Source: an uncultured Solirubrobacterales bacterium (lineage in GTDB: Bacteria > Actinomycetota > Thermoleophilia > Solirubrobacterales > JBBDJG01). From it: 64,000 bases of DNA. Under the pieces are notes generated by a model. The model was not told the DNA's origin and ran no database searches. It worked only from the letters and a program-made list of their open reading frames with translations. The position numbers and the translations under genes are program-made. This document shows positions 28,045 through 37,448 of the stretch, one piece after another (position 1 is the first letter of the stretch; each line of letters begins with the position of its first letter). The stretch is from the NCBI GenBank assembly GCA_963780475.1, contig CAWACB010000008.1:707030-771029 (forward strand). Direction: 5' to 3'.

Positions 28045-29268
28045 GTGACACCCCGCACGATCCTCTATACGGGCAAAGGGGGGGTCGGAAAAACAAGCGT
28101 CGCCGCCGCGACCGCCCTCGCAATCGCCCGCAGCGGGCTGCGCACCGTCGTGCTCTCGACGGACCCCGCGCACAGCCTGTCGGACTCGCTCGAGGCCGAG
28201 CTTGGGCCGCAGCCGGTGGCCGTCGCGGACAACCTCTGGGCCCAGGAGGTGCAGGCCGAGGCGGAGCTGGAGCGCAACTGGCAGGCGGTGCAGCGCTGGA
28301 TGTCGACGCTGCTTGCCGACCGGGGCGTGGACCAGATCCTGGCCGAGGAGCTGACCGTGCCGCCCGGCATGGACGAGATGTTCTCGCTCCTGCAGCTGAA
28401 GAAGCACCATGCGGCAGGACGCTTCGACGTGATCATCGTCGACTGCGCGCCGACCGGCGAGACGCTGCGGCTGCTCTCGTTCCCGGAGGTCGCGCGGTGG
28501 TGGCTCGACAAGGTGTTCCCGTGGGAGCGCCGCCTCGTGAGCGCCGCGCGCCCATTCGCGCGCACCATGCTGGACCTGCCGTTGCCGGGCAACGACGTGC
28601 TCTCCGAGGTGCAGCGGCTGGTCAGCAACCTCGTGGACATGAGCGAGATCCTGCGCGACCGCCAGCGCGCGTCGATCCGGATCGTGATGAACCCGGAGCG
28701 GATGGTGGTCCGGGAGGCACAGCGCACCTTCACCTACCTGAACCTGTACGGCTACCTGACCGACGCGGTGGTCGTGAACCGGGTGTTCCCGGACGACGTC
28801 GAGGGCGGCTACTTCTCCGCCTGGCGCGACGCCCAGCAGCGTCAGCTCGAGTTCGTCGAGGAGGCCTTCGCCCCGGTGCCGGTGCTGCGCGCCCCGTTCT
28901 TCGAGCAGGAGGTGATGGGCGAAGAGATGCTGACCCGGCTCGGCGACGAGGTATTCGGCGAGCGGCGCGCCGGCGAGCTCCAGTATCGCGACCTCAGCCA
29001 GGAGCTGATGATGGAGAACGGCAGCGCGGAGCTGCGCCTGCGGGTGCCGTTCGTTGAGAAGGCAGACATCGAGCTGAAGAAGATCGGGCTCGAGATGGTC
29101 GTCCGCGTCGGAACGCACAAGCGCAACATCATCCTGCCCTCGCCGATGGCGTCCTACCGACCGCGGGAAGCGCGTCTCGAGGAAGGCCTGCTGCGAGTGC
29201 GCTTCGAGCGAGCCGAGCCGGACCGGGCGGCCCCGGAGCCGGCCGGCGCGACAGCCGAGGAGGGCTAG
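28045..29268 (+). CDS. ArsA/Get3-like P-loop ATPase with an Hsp20-like C-terminal domain
   Basis: GTG 28045 gives VTPRTILYTGKGGVGKTSVAAATA (deviant Walker A). STDPAHSL and DCAPTGETLRLLSFPE. C-terminal LRLRVPFVEKADIELKKIGLEMVVRVG. The upstream part of ORF 27859.. is Arg-rich junk. Confidence 0.8.
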   Translation: MTPRTILYTGKGGVGKTSVAAATALAIARSGLRTVVLSTDPAHSLSDSLEAELGPQPVAVADNLWAQEVQAEAELERNWQAVQRWMSTLLADRGVDQILAEELTVPPGMDEMFSLLQLKKHHAAGRFDVIIVDCAPTGETLRLLSFPEVARWWLDKVFPWERRLVSAARPFARTMLDLPLPGNDVLSEVQRLVSNLVDMSEILRDRQRASIRIVMNPERMVVREAQRTFTYLNLYGYLTDAVVVNRVFPDDVEGGYFSAWRDAQQRQLEFVEEAFAPVPVLRAPFFEQEVMGEEMLTRLGDEVFGERRAGELQYRDLSQELMMENGSAELRLRVPFVEKADIELKKIGLEMVVRVGTHKRNIILPSPMASYRPREARLEEGLLRVRFERAEPDRAAPEPAGATAEEG

Positions 29269-29297
29269 TGGTTCTTCGTTTCGGGAAGGGCCACTAG

Positions 29298-29591
29298 GTG
29301 GACAACGACTTCTTCGACTCCCCCCGCGTCAGCCGCGGAGGCGACTGGAGCGACGAGCCGCCGGCCGACCCGGCCGGAGCGAAGCAAGAGTTCCAGTGCG
29401 TGGAGTTCTGCCCCATCTGCCGCACGGCCGACGTGCTGCGCGTCGCGCTGCCGGATGAGTTCCAGGAGCACTGGCACGCGCTGCAGCGCGAGGGCCTGCT
29501 CGCTGCGCGCACGCTGCTGGACCACTACATCCAGCACTTGGAGGCGCGCCGGCCGCGCCCGGTGAACGTGGAGGACATCCCGATTGAATGA
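29298..29591 (+). CDS. small Cys-containing protein co-transcribed with the ArsA-like ATPase
   Basis: 97-aa ORF (GTG start) 30 nt after the ATPase stop. Contains CVEFCPIC. No family name recognised with confidence. Confidence 0.5.
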   Translation: MDNDFFDSPRVSRGGDWSDEPPADPAGAKQEFQCVEFCPICRTADVLRVALPDEFQEHWHALQREGLLAARTLLDHYIQHLEARRPRPVNVEDIPIE

Positions 29592-30213
29592 GCGCCAGGG
29601 GGATCCGCCGCCCGAGCCCGAGGCGCCGGAGCCCGACTGGCGCGCCGAGGGCGAGGCAACGCAGCCCGACTGGCGCGACGAGCGCGAGTGGGTCCAGGAG
29701 GAGGCGGCGGCACAGCCGCTCTGGACGCGGCTCCGCGAGGCGCCTTCCAAGCTGACCAGCGAGCAGAAGCTGGCTGGCGCCGCCGCAATCGGCATCGTGG
29801 TGTCGATGTTCCTGCCCTGGTGGCGCGATCCGGTGTTCGGGCTCTCGTACATGGCCTTCAACCGGTTCGGCTGGATCGAGCTGTCCCTGCTGCTGGTGGC
29901 GGGATCGGTTCTGTTCGCGCTGTTTCGGCGCGCCGAGGGCCGCGTGTTCCACCTGCCGCTCTCGGACGGGACGCTCGCCGCCGGGGCCGGGGTGTGGTGC
30001 TGCGTGTTGCTGTTCGCGCGGATCCTGGGCGAGCCGACCCGCACGGTCAACGGCCAGACGTACGGTTACGACCCGCGGTGGGGAATCTTCCTCTGCATGC
30101 TGTGCGCGGTGACCCTCGCGGTCGCGGGCGTCCTGGGCCGCCAGCGCCATCACCGCGGAGAGCCCGAGGCGCTGGCCGCGGACGAGGACGCCAACGCGAC
30201 GTTCACGGGTTAG
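29584..30213 (+). CDS. membrane protein (acidic N-terminus, about 4 TM helices)
   Basis: TTG start overlapping the previous stop. Hydrophobic helices (AAAIGIVVSMFLPWW, IELSLLLVAGSVLFALF, AAGAGVWCCVLLFARIL, IFLCMLCAVTLAVAGVL). Confidence 0.5.
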   Translation: MNERQGDPPPEPEAPEPDWRAEGEATQPDWRDEREWVQEEAAAQPLWTRLREAPSKLTSEQKLAGAAAIGIVVSMFLPWWRDPVFGLSYMAFNRFGWIELSLLLVAGSVLFALFRRAEGRVFHLPLSDGTLAAGAGVWCCVLLFARILGEPTRTVNGQTYGYDPRWGIFLCMLCAVTLAVAGVLGRQRHHRGEPEALAADEDANATFTG

Positions 30214-30827
30214 CGCTGCGCAGGCCGCAGCTTCCCAACGCCCGGCACGAAGCGCCCGACCCGGCCGGCGTATGCGCCATAGCTCTCGCCATGCGCGTTC
30301 AGCAGGTACGGCTCCTCCACGAGCCGGGTGTGTACCTCGAGCGCGGCGATCAGGGCGACAAACGCGGCCAGCGCGACGACGTTCGGGACGAGCAGCGCCA
30401 GGCCAAGCTGTATCGCGACCATCGCCGTGAAGATCGGGTTGCGAACGAGCTCGAAGGGGCCGCCGGTGACTAGCTCGGTGCGCTCCTGCTCGTCCACGCC
30501 GATGCGCCATGAGCGGCCCATCGCAGCCTGCGCAACGAGCAGCGCGGAAATGCCGGCCGCGAACAGGCCCACACCCAGCCACTGGGTCCAGCCGTGATCG
30601 AGCACGGAGACTGGCTCGAGGACGTCCGCGAGCTGGAGCACGGCGGCAAGCGGCCCGGCGAATACGGCGGTGATGAACAACACCCCTCCGAGCCATTCGG
30701 GCGATCCGACCGCGCCGCTCAGTCCCCGCCAGCCGGTCGAGCCCGTGCGCCGGCGCTGGATGGCGACTCGCAGGGCCACTGCGAGAAGGAGGTACACGCC
30801 ATACAGCGCGAGTGCGAGCCCGGGCAT
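30210..30827 (-). CDS. isoprenylcysteine carboxyl methyltransferase (ICMT/PEMT-like) family membrane methyltransferase
   Basis: Intact 205-aa ORF. LVTGGPFELVRNPIFTAMV and the EEPYLLNAHGESYGAY signature region, with 4-5 TM helices. Confidence 0.7.
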   Translation of the reverse strand: MPGLALALYGVYLLLAVALRVAIQRRRTGSTGWRGLSGAVGSPEWLGGVLFITAVFAGPLAAVLQLADVLEPVSVLDHGWTQWLGVGLFAAGISALLVAQAAMGRSWRIGVDEQERTELVTGGPFELVRNPIFTAMVAIQLGLALLVPNVVALAAFVALIAALEVHTRLVEEPYLLNAHGESYGAYAGRVGRFVPGVGKLRPAQR

Positions 30828-30831
30828 CCGA

Positions 30832-30996
30832 CTAGAACTGCGGCGCCAGCAGTCCGGCCACGAACACGATCGCGATCCCGATCAGTACGAAGACCTTGTA
30901 GCCGGACAGGTAGCCGAACGTGCCGACGCCGAAGCCGACGAGCATCAAAGTGATGATCGGCTCCGGCGACGTCTTGACTGCGAGGATCGCGAGCAT
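30832..30996 (-). CDS. 54-aa two-helix membrane peptide (below the ORF-track cutoff)
   Basis: My translation: MLAILAVKTSPEPIITLMLVGFGVGTFGYLSGYKVFVLIGIAIVFVAGLLAPQF-TAG. GAGG lies about 13 nt upstream of the ATG. The stop is 5 nt before the ICMT start. Confidence 0.35.
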   Translation of the reverse strand: MLAILAVKTSPEPIITLMLVGFGVGTFGYLSGYKVFVLIGIAIVFVAGLLAPQF

Positions 30997-31029
30997 GGCG
31001 GTCACGTACCTCTAAGTATCATCCGCGAT

Positions 31030-31947
31030 GTGTCCGCGGGCGTTACAGGCGAGCCTGCCTCTGTAGAGGAGGTCCGCGAGGGCCTCGGGCAGGCGGGCTA
31101 CCTGGCATCGGAATCGGCCGCGCTGGTCTCGTTCCTTGCCCACCGTCTCGGCAAGCCGGTGCTGGTCGAGGGCCCGGCCGGAGTCGGCAAGACGGAGCTG
31201 GCGAAGGCGCTTTCACGCCACACCGGCCGCGAGCTGGTGCGCCTCCAGTGCTACGAGGGGCTCGACGAGGCCAAGGCGCTGTACGAGTGGAACTACCGCA
31301 AGCAGCTGCTGCGGATCCAGACGGAGGCGGCCGGCACGGGCTGGAACGAGGTCCAGGAGGACATCTTCTCCGAGGACTTCCTGATGTCGCGCCCGCTGCT
31401 GACTGCGATCTCGACGGAGCAGCCCGTGGTGCTGCTGATCGACGAGATCGACAAGGCCGACCAGGAGTTCGAGGCGATGCTGCTCGAGGTCCTGTCGGAC
31501 TTCCAGATCTCGATCCCCGAGCTGGGCACGATGGTGGCGGCTACCCAGCCACTTGTACTGCTGACGTCCAACAACACGCGCGAGCTGACCGAGGCGCTGA
31601 AACGCCGCTGCCTGTACCTGTGGCTCGACTACCCGGACGCGGAGCGCGAGCTCGAGATCGTGCGACTGCACGTGCCGGACCTGTCGGAGACCATCGCGCG
31701 CCGGCTGATCGAGATCGTGCACATGGTCCGCAACCTGGACCTGAAGAAGCCGCCGTCGATCGCCGAGTCGATCGACTGGGCCCGGGCGCTGATGCTGCTT
31801 GGAGCGGACGACATCGACCGCGGCGTGTTCGAGCGCACGATCAGCATCCTGGTGAAGCACCGCACCGACCTGGACCTGGTGGCCGAGCGCGTCGGGATGA
31901 GGCTCGAGGGTGAGCAGCTCCTTCCCAAGTCAGCCGAACAGTCCTGA
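31030..31947 (+). CDS. MoxR-like AAA+ ATPase (CoxD-like)
   Basis: GTG 31030. Walker A GPAGVGKTELAK, Walker B VVLLIDEIDKAD, then LTSNNTRELTEALKRRCL. The part of ORF 30670.. upstream of this start overlaps minus-strand genes. Confidence 0.85.
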   Translation: MSAGVTGEPASVEEVREGLGQAGYLASESAALVSFLAHRLGKPVLVEGPAGVGKTELAKALSRHTGRELVRLQCYEGLDEAKALYEWNYRKQLLRIQTEAAGTGWNEVQEDIFSEDFLMSRPLLTAISTEQPVVLLIDEIDKADQEFEAMLLEVLSDFQISIPELGTMVAATQPLVLLTSNNTRELTEALKRRCLYLWLDYPDAERELEIVRLHVPDLSETIARRLIEIVHMVRNLDLKKPPSIAESIDWARALMLLGADDIDRGVFERTISILVKHRTDLDLVAERVGMRLEGEQLLPKSAEQS

Positions 31948-33344
31948 GCGCCCCGGCGGCGGTCGCCGCGGCGCGCTGTACGGCGGCCTGCCCGGTGCCG
32001 ACACGAGCGGCTTCGCGCCGCAACTGAGCCGTTTCTGCGACGAGCTGCGCACCGAGGGCGTGCGCATCGGCACGGCGGAGATGCTCGATGCCTTCTCGGC
32101 GCTCTCGCAAATCAGCTGGACGAGCCGCGAGGACTTCAAGGAGACACTCGCCGCCACGCTCGCGAAGTCGCAGGAGGACCGGCGCGTGTTCGAGCTGTTG
32201 TTCGACCGCTTCTTCTTCCGCTCGGTCGAGGCGCAGGCGGTCGAGAAGGGGCTCAAGGAGGAGCGCTTCGAGGGTGGCGAGCGGGTCGACCTCGATGACC
32301 TGCGCTCCCAGATCCAGGACGCTATCCGGCAGGGCCGCGACGGCCAGATGGCCGACCTCGCGCGCCTGGCGGTGGCAGCCTTCGGCGGGCAGGGCGAGAG
32401 CTCCGGGGTGATCGGGGTCGACGTGCAGCGCATCCGCCGCACGCTCGACCTGCGCCAGCAGCCGTCCGGGGGCGACGGCGACCCCGGCGTGGACCGCGAG
32501 GGGCTGCGGCGCTTCGAGCGCCACCTGCGCCGCGAGCTCGAGCGGGCGCTGATCCACCGCACCGAGAGCCTGCCTCCCACCCGCCCGCTCGCCGACCTCG
32601 ACCGCGCGCTTCCTGGCGCGCCGCTCCAGGACCTGGCCCAGGTCCACCGCGTCGTGGCGCAGCTGAAGCGGCGCCTCGCCACCCGCGGGCACGAGATGCG
32701 CGGGCGGCGCAAGAGCCGGGTCGTCGACGTCCGGCGCACGATGCGAGCCTCGCTCGAGACCGGCGGAGTTCCACTACGGCTGCGCTACCGGGCCAAGCGC
32801 CCGCGACGGCCGGAGATCTACGTCCTGTGCGACGTCTCGACCTCTGTCACCAGCGCGAGCGTCTTCTTCCTGTCCGTGCTGCACGCGCTCCACGACAGCT
32901 TCCGCAAGCTGCGCAGCTTCGCCTTCGTGGAGCGGATCGACGAGGTGACCGAGATCTTCGAGCGTGAGCGCAGCTTCGCCAAGGTCTCGGAGCGGATCGC
33001 GCGCGAGGCCGGCGTCGCCGACGTGTCGGGCTACACCGACTACGGGCGCGTCTGGCAGGAGTTCCTGGGCCGGGTGGCCGACGACCTCGACCCGCGCTCG
33101 ACCGTGATCGTGCTGGGCGACGCGCGCACGAACGGGCGCGAGCCGCACGCGCCGCTGTTCGGCCGCGTCTCGGCTCAGGCTGGGCGGACCTTCTGGCTCA
33201 ACCCGGAGCCCAAGCTCTACTGGAACTACGGCGACTCCGTGATGGCCGCCTACGAGCCGTACTGCGACTGCCGTGTTCGAGTGCTGGACGACCAAGCAGC
33301 TCGAGCAGTTCGTGAACGTCGTTGCCGGAAGCACCAGCTCCTAG
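31910..33344 (+). pseudogene. VWA-domain protein, CoxE-like (1 frame change near 33268)
   Basis: Overlaps the MoxR 3' end. MIDAS-type IYVLCDVSTSVTS, VLGDARTNG and FWLNPEPKLYWNYGDS. The C-terminus AVFECWTTKQLEQFVNVVAGSTSS-TAG lies in another frame. Confidence 0.75.
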
Positions 33345-33400
33345 CCTCTGACGGCCTCCCGCGGTGGGCCCGGGCCGGCGACGCCGGCGCGCCGGCGGCC

Positions 33401-34148
33401 GTGCGGGTGTCCGGCGTGCACAAGCGGTTCGAGAGCCCGCCGCGCAGACGTCGTGGCGCTCGACGGACCTGACGCTGTCCGTGGTCGCGGGCGAGCGGAT
33501 CGGGCTGGTCGGCCCCTCGGGCAGCGGGAAGTCGACGCTGCTGGAGTTGATCGCCGGGCTGGAGGACATCGACGCCGGGTCGATCCGGTCCACGGCGAGG
33601 AGACCGCGGCGGGCCGGCTGCGCCGCTGTGCCCTGATGCCGCAGCGGGACGGCCTGCTTCCCTGGCGCTCGGCGCTCGACAACGCCGCGCTGGCGCGCGA
33701 GCTGGCCGGCGAGCGGCGCGGCGCGGCGCGCGCGGCCGCCGCGGAGCTGTTCGGGCGCTTCGGCCTGGCGGGCTTCGAGCAGGCGCGTCCCTACGAGCTG
33801 TCAGGCGGGATGCGCCAGCGCGTCGCGTTCGCCCGCACGATGCTGTCCGGCAAGCCGGTGCTGCTGCTGGACGAGCCGTTTGCCGCCCTCGACGCGATCA
33901 CCCGCGCGGAGATGCAGGAGTGGCTCGACCGGACCCTCGCCGACGAGGCGCGCACGGTCGTGCTGGTCACCCATGACGTGGAGGAGGCGCTCTACCTGTG
34001 CGACCGCGTCGCCGTGCTGACGCCCCGCCCAGGGTCGGTGCGTGCCTACGTCGAGGTGCGCGCCGCGGCCGGGGCGGATCGGACCGAGACGGTCACCTCG
34101 CCCGAGTTCGTGGAGCGAAAGCACCGCGCGCTGGAGGCGCTGCGGTGA
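33401..34148 (+). pseudogene. ABC transporter ATP-binding protein, NitT/TauT (SsuB/ThiZ-like) family; 3 frame changes between 33430 and 33590
   Basis: [12 protein letters not shown] / ADVVALDG / [37 protein letters not shown] / ...LSGGMRQRVAFARTM..LLLDEPFAALD..VLVTHDVEEA, read across three frames. Confidence 0.7.
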
Positions 34149-34904
34149 GGGCCTGGCTCGTGAAATGGGTGCCGCCGCTGCTGGTGATCGCCCTGCTGGT
34201 GGCCGGCTGGGAGGCGCTGGCCCGCCTGGGATCGGTGGAGGACTATCTGCTCCCCGCACCATCAGACGTCGCGCGGGCGCTCGTGGAGGACCGCGACCTG
34301 CTGCTCCCTGACGCCTGGGTGACCCTGCGCGAGGTGCTGTTGGGCTTCGCGCTCGCGCTCGCCGCCGGCCTCGGCGCCGCGACGCTGCTGCACCTGTCTC
34401 CGGTCGCCCGGCGGGCCCTCTACCCGCTCGTGGTGGGGTCCCAGGCGATCCCCGTGATCGTGATCGCGCCCATCCTCGTGATCTGGTTCGGCTTCGGCAT
34501 GACGCCCAAGCTGATAGTCATCGCCCTCATCTGCTTCTTCCCGATCACAGTCAACACGCTCGACGGCCTCGCCTCGGTCGACCCCGCACAGGTCAAGATG
34601 CTGCGCACCCTGGACGCCTCCCGCTGGCAGGTGTTCCGGCGCCTGGAGCTGCCGTCCGCGCTGCCCTACGTCTTCTCGGGCGCGCGCGTGGCGGTGGCGG
34701 TGGCGGTGATCGGGGCGGTGTTCGGGGAGCTGGTGGGCTCGGACGAGGGCCTTGGGCACGCCATCCAGATCGGGACCGCACAGCTGCTGACGGCGCGGGT
34801 GTTCGCCGCGACCCTGCTGCTCGCCGTGATGGCGATCGCGCTGTTCGCCCTGATCGGCCTGGTGCAGCGGCGCGCGGTGCCCTGGGCCGGGAAGGGAGCG
34901 CTGA
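34145..34904 (+). CDS. ABC transporter permease (SsuC/ThiX-like); 3' end uncertain
   Basis: GTGA overlap with the ATPase stop. EAA-type loop region (LDGLASVDPAQVKMLRTLDASRWQVFRRLELPSALP). As assembled the frame runs on into the next gene without a stop. Confidence 0.7.
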
Positions 34905-35933
34905 TGAGGCTCCGCGCGCCCGCGGGCGCTGTCGATCGCCGCCCTTGCAGCCCTGCTGCTGGGCCTGGTCGCGGCCGGCGTGCGGAGAGAAGGACGAGAC
35001 GGTCACCGGCTCCGTCGAGCAGCGCGGGATCGACCTGGCGCTGGACTGGTTCCCGAATCCCGACCACGTGGCGATCTACGAGGCGATCGACCGCGGCTAC
35101 TACAAGCAGGTCGGCCTCGACGTGAAGCCGCGCACCCCGTCGGACCCCTCGGCGCCGATCAAGGAGGTCGCGGCGGGCCGGGTCGACGTCGCGATCTCAT
35201 ACGAGCCCGAGGTGCTGCTCGCGCGCGAGCGGGGCTGCCGGTGGTCGCGATCGCGGCGATGATCCAGGAGCCGCTCACGTCGCTGATGGCAACCGGTTCG
35301 TCGGGCGTGCGCTCCGTCAAGGACCTGCGCGGAAAGCGGGTCGGCACCGCCGGCATCCCCTACCAGTCGGCCTATCTGCGAGACGATCCTCGACCGGGCG
35401 AACGTGCCGGAATCCTCGGTGAAGGAGACCAACGTCGGCGCCAGCCTGCTGCCCGCGATGCTGTCCGGCAAGGTCGACGCGACGCTGGGCGGGTTCTGGA
35501 ACGTGGAGGGCGTGGAGCTGCGCCTGCGCAAGAAGCGCCCTGGATCCGCCCGGTGGACCGGCTCGGGGTCCCGGACTACGACGAGCTGGTGCTGGTGGCC
35601 CGCGAGAGCGACGTCTCCGAGCGCCGCGACGACCTGCGCCTGTTCATCTCGGCCACCGCCCGCGGCGCCAACCAGGCCCGCCGCGACCCCGGGCAGGCCG
35701 CCCAGGCGCTGCTCGACGCCAATCCCGACCTGAAGGAGCGGTTCACCCGCGCGAGCGTGCGCGCCACGATCCCGGCCCTGTTCCCCGAGAAGAGCGACCA
35801 GCCGTGGGGCTACCTGGACGCCGTGCAGTGGCGCAACTTCGGCGGCTGGATGGTGGACAACAAGCTGCTCGAGGACCTGCCGGACGTGGACGCGGCGATC
35901 ACCGACGACCTGCTGCCCGGCGCCGGGCTGTAG
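34904..35933 (+). pseudogene. NMT1/THI5-like (ThiY-like) substrate-binding lipoprotein; at least 4 frame changes
   Basis: MRLRA..ALSIAALAALLLGLVAAGCGEKDE (lipobox) is spread over 3 frames. Then IDLALDWFPNPDHVAIYEAIDRGYYKQVGLDV, LPVVAIAAMIQEPLTSLMA, KVDATLGGFWNVEGVEL and a C-terminus ending LLPGAGL. Confidence 0.65.
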
Positions 35934-36298
35934 AAAGTCCCGCAGTCCGGCAGCGGCATGTGACGGCGGCGCTCACGCGCGCCGAGCACGTGCACGTCCA
36001 CCAGGAACGAGCGCGTGCCGACGCACGTTGCGGGCCGGTGCCTTGCGCTGCGGCCACGGCGCACCACGGTGGCGCCGCGCCGGCTGCGCAGGACGCGCAG
36101 CGTCGAGCACGGCCAGCACGCTGGCGACTCCGCCGGCGGCCAGGGCGGCCGGGCCGCGTCGGCAGGCGGATCGCCGGCAGGAAGCCGCGACGCCGCTCCA
36201 GGGCGCGACCGGGGCCGGCAACGGGCACGGGGTGGCCCGACTGCCGTGTCTGGTCCACGGGCACGAGTGTTGGAGTGTAGAGGGGTGGTGGGATGAGA

Positions 36299-37429
36299 CT
36301 ACAGCTGCTTCTCGAAGATCCGGTACCGCTTGACGATCTTGCCGCCCATTCCCTCCATGGCCCGGTTCATGGGCTCGTTGGTCTCGAGGATCCAGCCCAT
36401 CTCGCCCCACCAGATGCCGTCGGGGTCGGCCTCCACGAGGTGCTCGATGTAGAAGGCGGCCGCGATCCCGAGGTGCTGGTGCTCGGGCTTGACGCCGAGC
36501 GCGAACACCCGGCAGCCGTCGATCTTGCGCCGCTGCCAGAGGAACTTCGCCCAGCCGAACGGCAGCAGCCGGCCGTTCATGTGCGCCAGCGCCTGGTTGA
36601 TGTCCGGCAGCGTCAGCGATGCGCCCAGGATCTCGCCGTCGCGCTCGGCGATCCAGGTCCAGTGCTCGTCCAGGATCGGCTTCAGGTCCTTGGCGTAATG
36701 GCGGACCTCCTTCTCGTTCAGCGGCACGAAGCCCCAGTTGCGCTGCCAGGCGGCGTTGTAGACCTCCAGGAAGCGCCCCAGCTCGGCCTCGAAGTCGCCC
36801 TTGCGCATGTGCCGGATCGTGACTCCGTGCTCCTCGCGCACCTTGCGGGCCGCCTCCTGGATCATCGGGTGGAAGCCGCCCTTCTCCTCCACCTTGTCGA
36901 GCCGCAGCTCCCACATGTAGAGATCCATCGCCTTGTCCAGCCCCCACCCCTCGAGCAGCTCGCGGTAGTAGGGGTGGTGCCAGCCCTGCAGGATCTGGGG
37001 CCGCCGGTCGTGGCCCTCGACCAGCAGCCCGCACTCGTCGTTGGTGGTGAAGTCCATCGGGCCCACCATCCGGTCCCGGCCACGCTCGGCCAGCCAGGAT
37101 TGGGCGGTCGAGAGCAGGGCGTCGGCGATGGCCGGGTCGTTCTCGGCCTCGAAGAACCCGAACAGCCCCCACTCGTTGTTCTGGAACTCGTTGAACGTGT
37201 GGTCGATGTGGGCGCTGATCCGGCCCACCGGCTGTCCGTCCCGCCAGGCCAGGAACAACTCCACGTCCGTGTGCTCGAAGAACGGATTCCGCTTGCGGTC
37301 GAGGAATTGCCGCCGTTCGCGCAGAAGCGGTGGGACCCAGTTCGGCTCGTTACGATAGAGCCGCCACGGCAGCTTTATGAAGCGCATCAGGTCGCGCCGA
37401 GATGTCACCGGTCTGACCTCAACGCTCAC
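36299..37429 (-). CDS. GNAT-fold acyltransferase of the BioF2-like / FemAB-like type
   Basis: ORF 36299..37639 trimmed to GTG 37429 (VSVEVRPVTSRRDLMRFIKLPWRLY). Intact 376 aa (FGFFEAENDPAIADALL, MDFTTNDECGLLVEG, WHHPYYRELLEGWG, RVFALGVKPEHQHLGIAAAFY). Confidence 0.7.
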   Translation of the reverse strand: MSVEVRPVTSRRDLMRFIKLPWRLYRNEPNWVPPLLRERRQFLDRKRNPFFEHTDVELFLAWRDGQPVGRISAHIDHTFNEFQNNEWGLFGFFEAENDPAIADALLSTAQSWLAERGRDRMVGPMDFTTNDECGLLVEGHDRRPQILQGWHHPYYRELLEGWGLDKAMDLYMWELRLDKVEEKGGFHPMIQEAARKVREEHGVTIRHMRKGDFEAELGRFLEVYNAAWQRNWGFVPLNEKEVRHYAKDLKPILDEHWTWIAERDGEILGASLTLPDINQALAHMNGRLLPFGWAKFLWQRRKIDGCRVFALGVKPEHQHLGIAAAFYIEHLVEADPDGIWWGEMGWILETNEPMNRAMEGMGGKIVKRYRIFEKQL

Positions 37430-37448
37430 GCGCGGCAAGCTAACCCAT

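Noticed and set aside
29329-30696. 455-aa minus-strand ORF
   Set aside because: It is antisense to three well-supported plus-strand genes and out of frame with the ICMT gene. Its composition is Arg/Ala/Pro-rich.
35934-36298. 365-bp gap between convergent genes with several 90-160-aa ORFs in the track
   Set aside because: All the candidate translations are Arg/Ala/Pro/Gly-rich with no motif, start context or conserved-looking block. The gap may be a decayed remnant or simply a spacer. I could not support any feature here.
35973-37172. 399-aa minus-strand ORF overlapping the GNAT gene
   Set aside because: It is a different frame of the same strand as the intact GNAT ORF (36299..37429), which has the convincing sequence. 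This one is Arg/Gly/Pro-rich.
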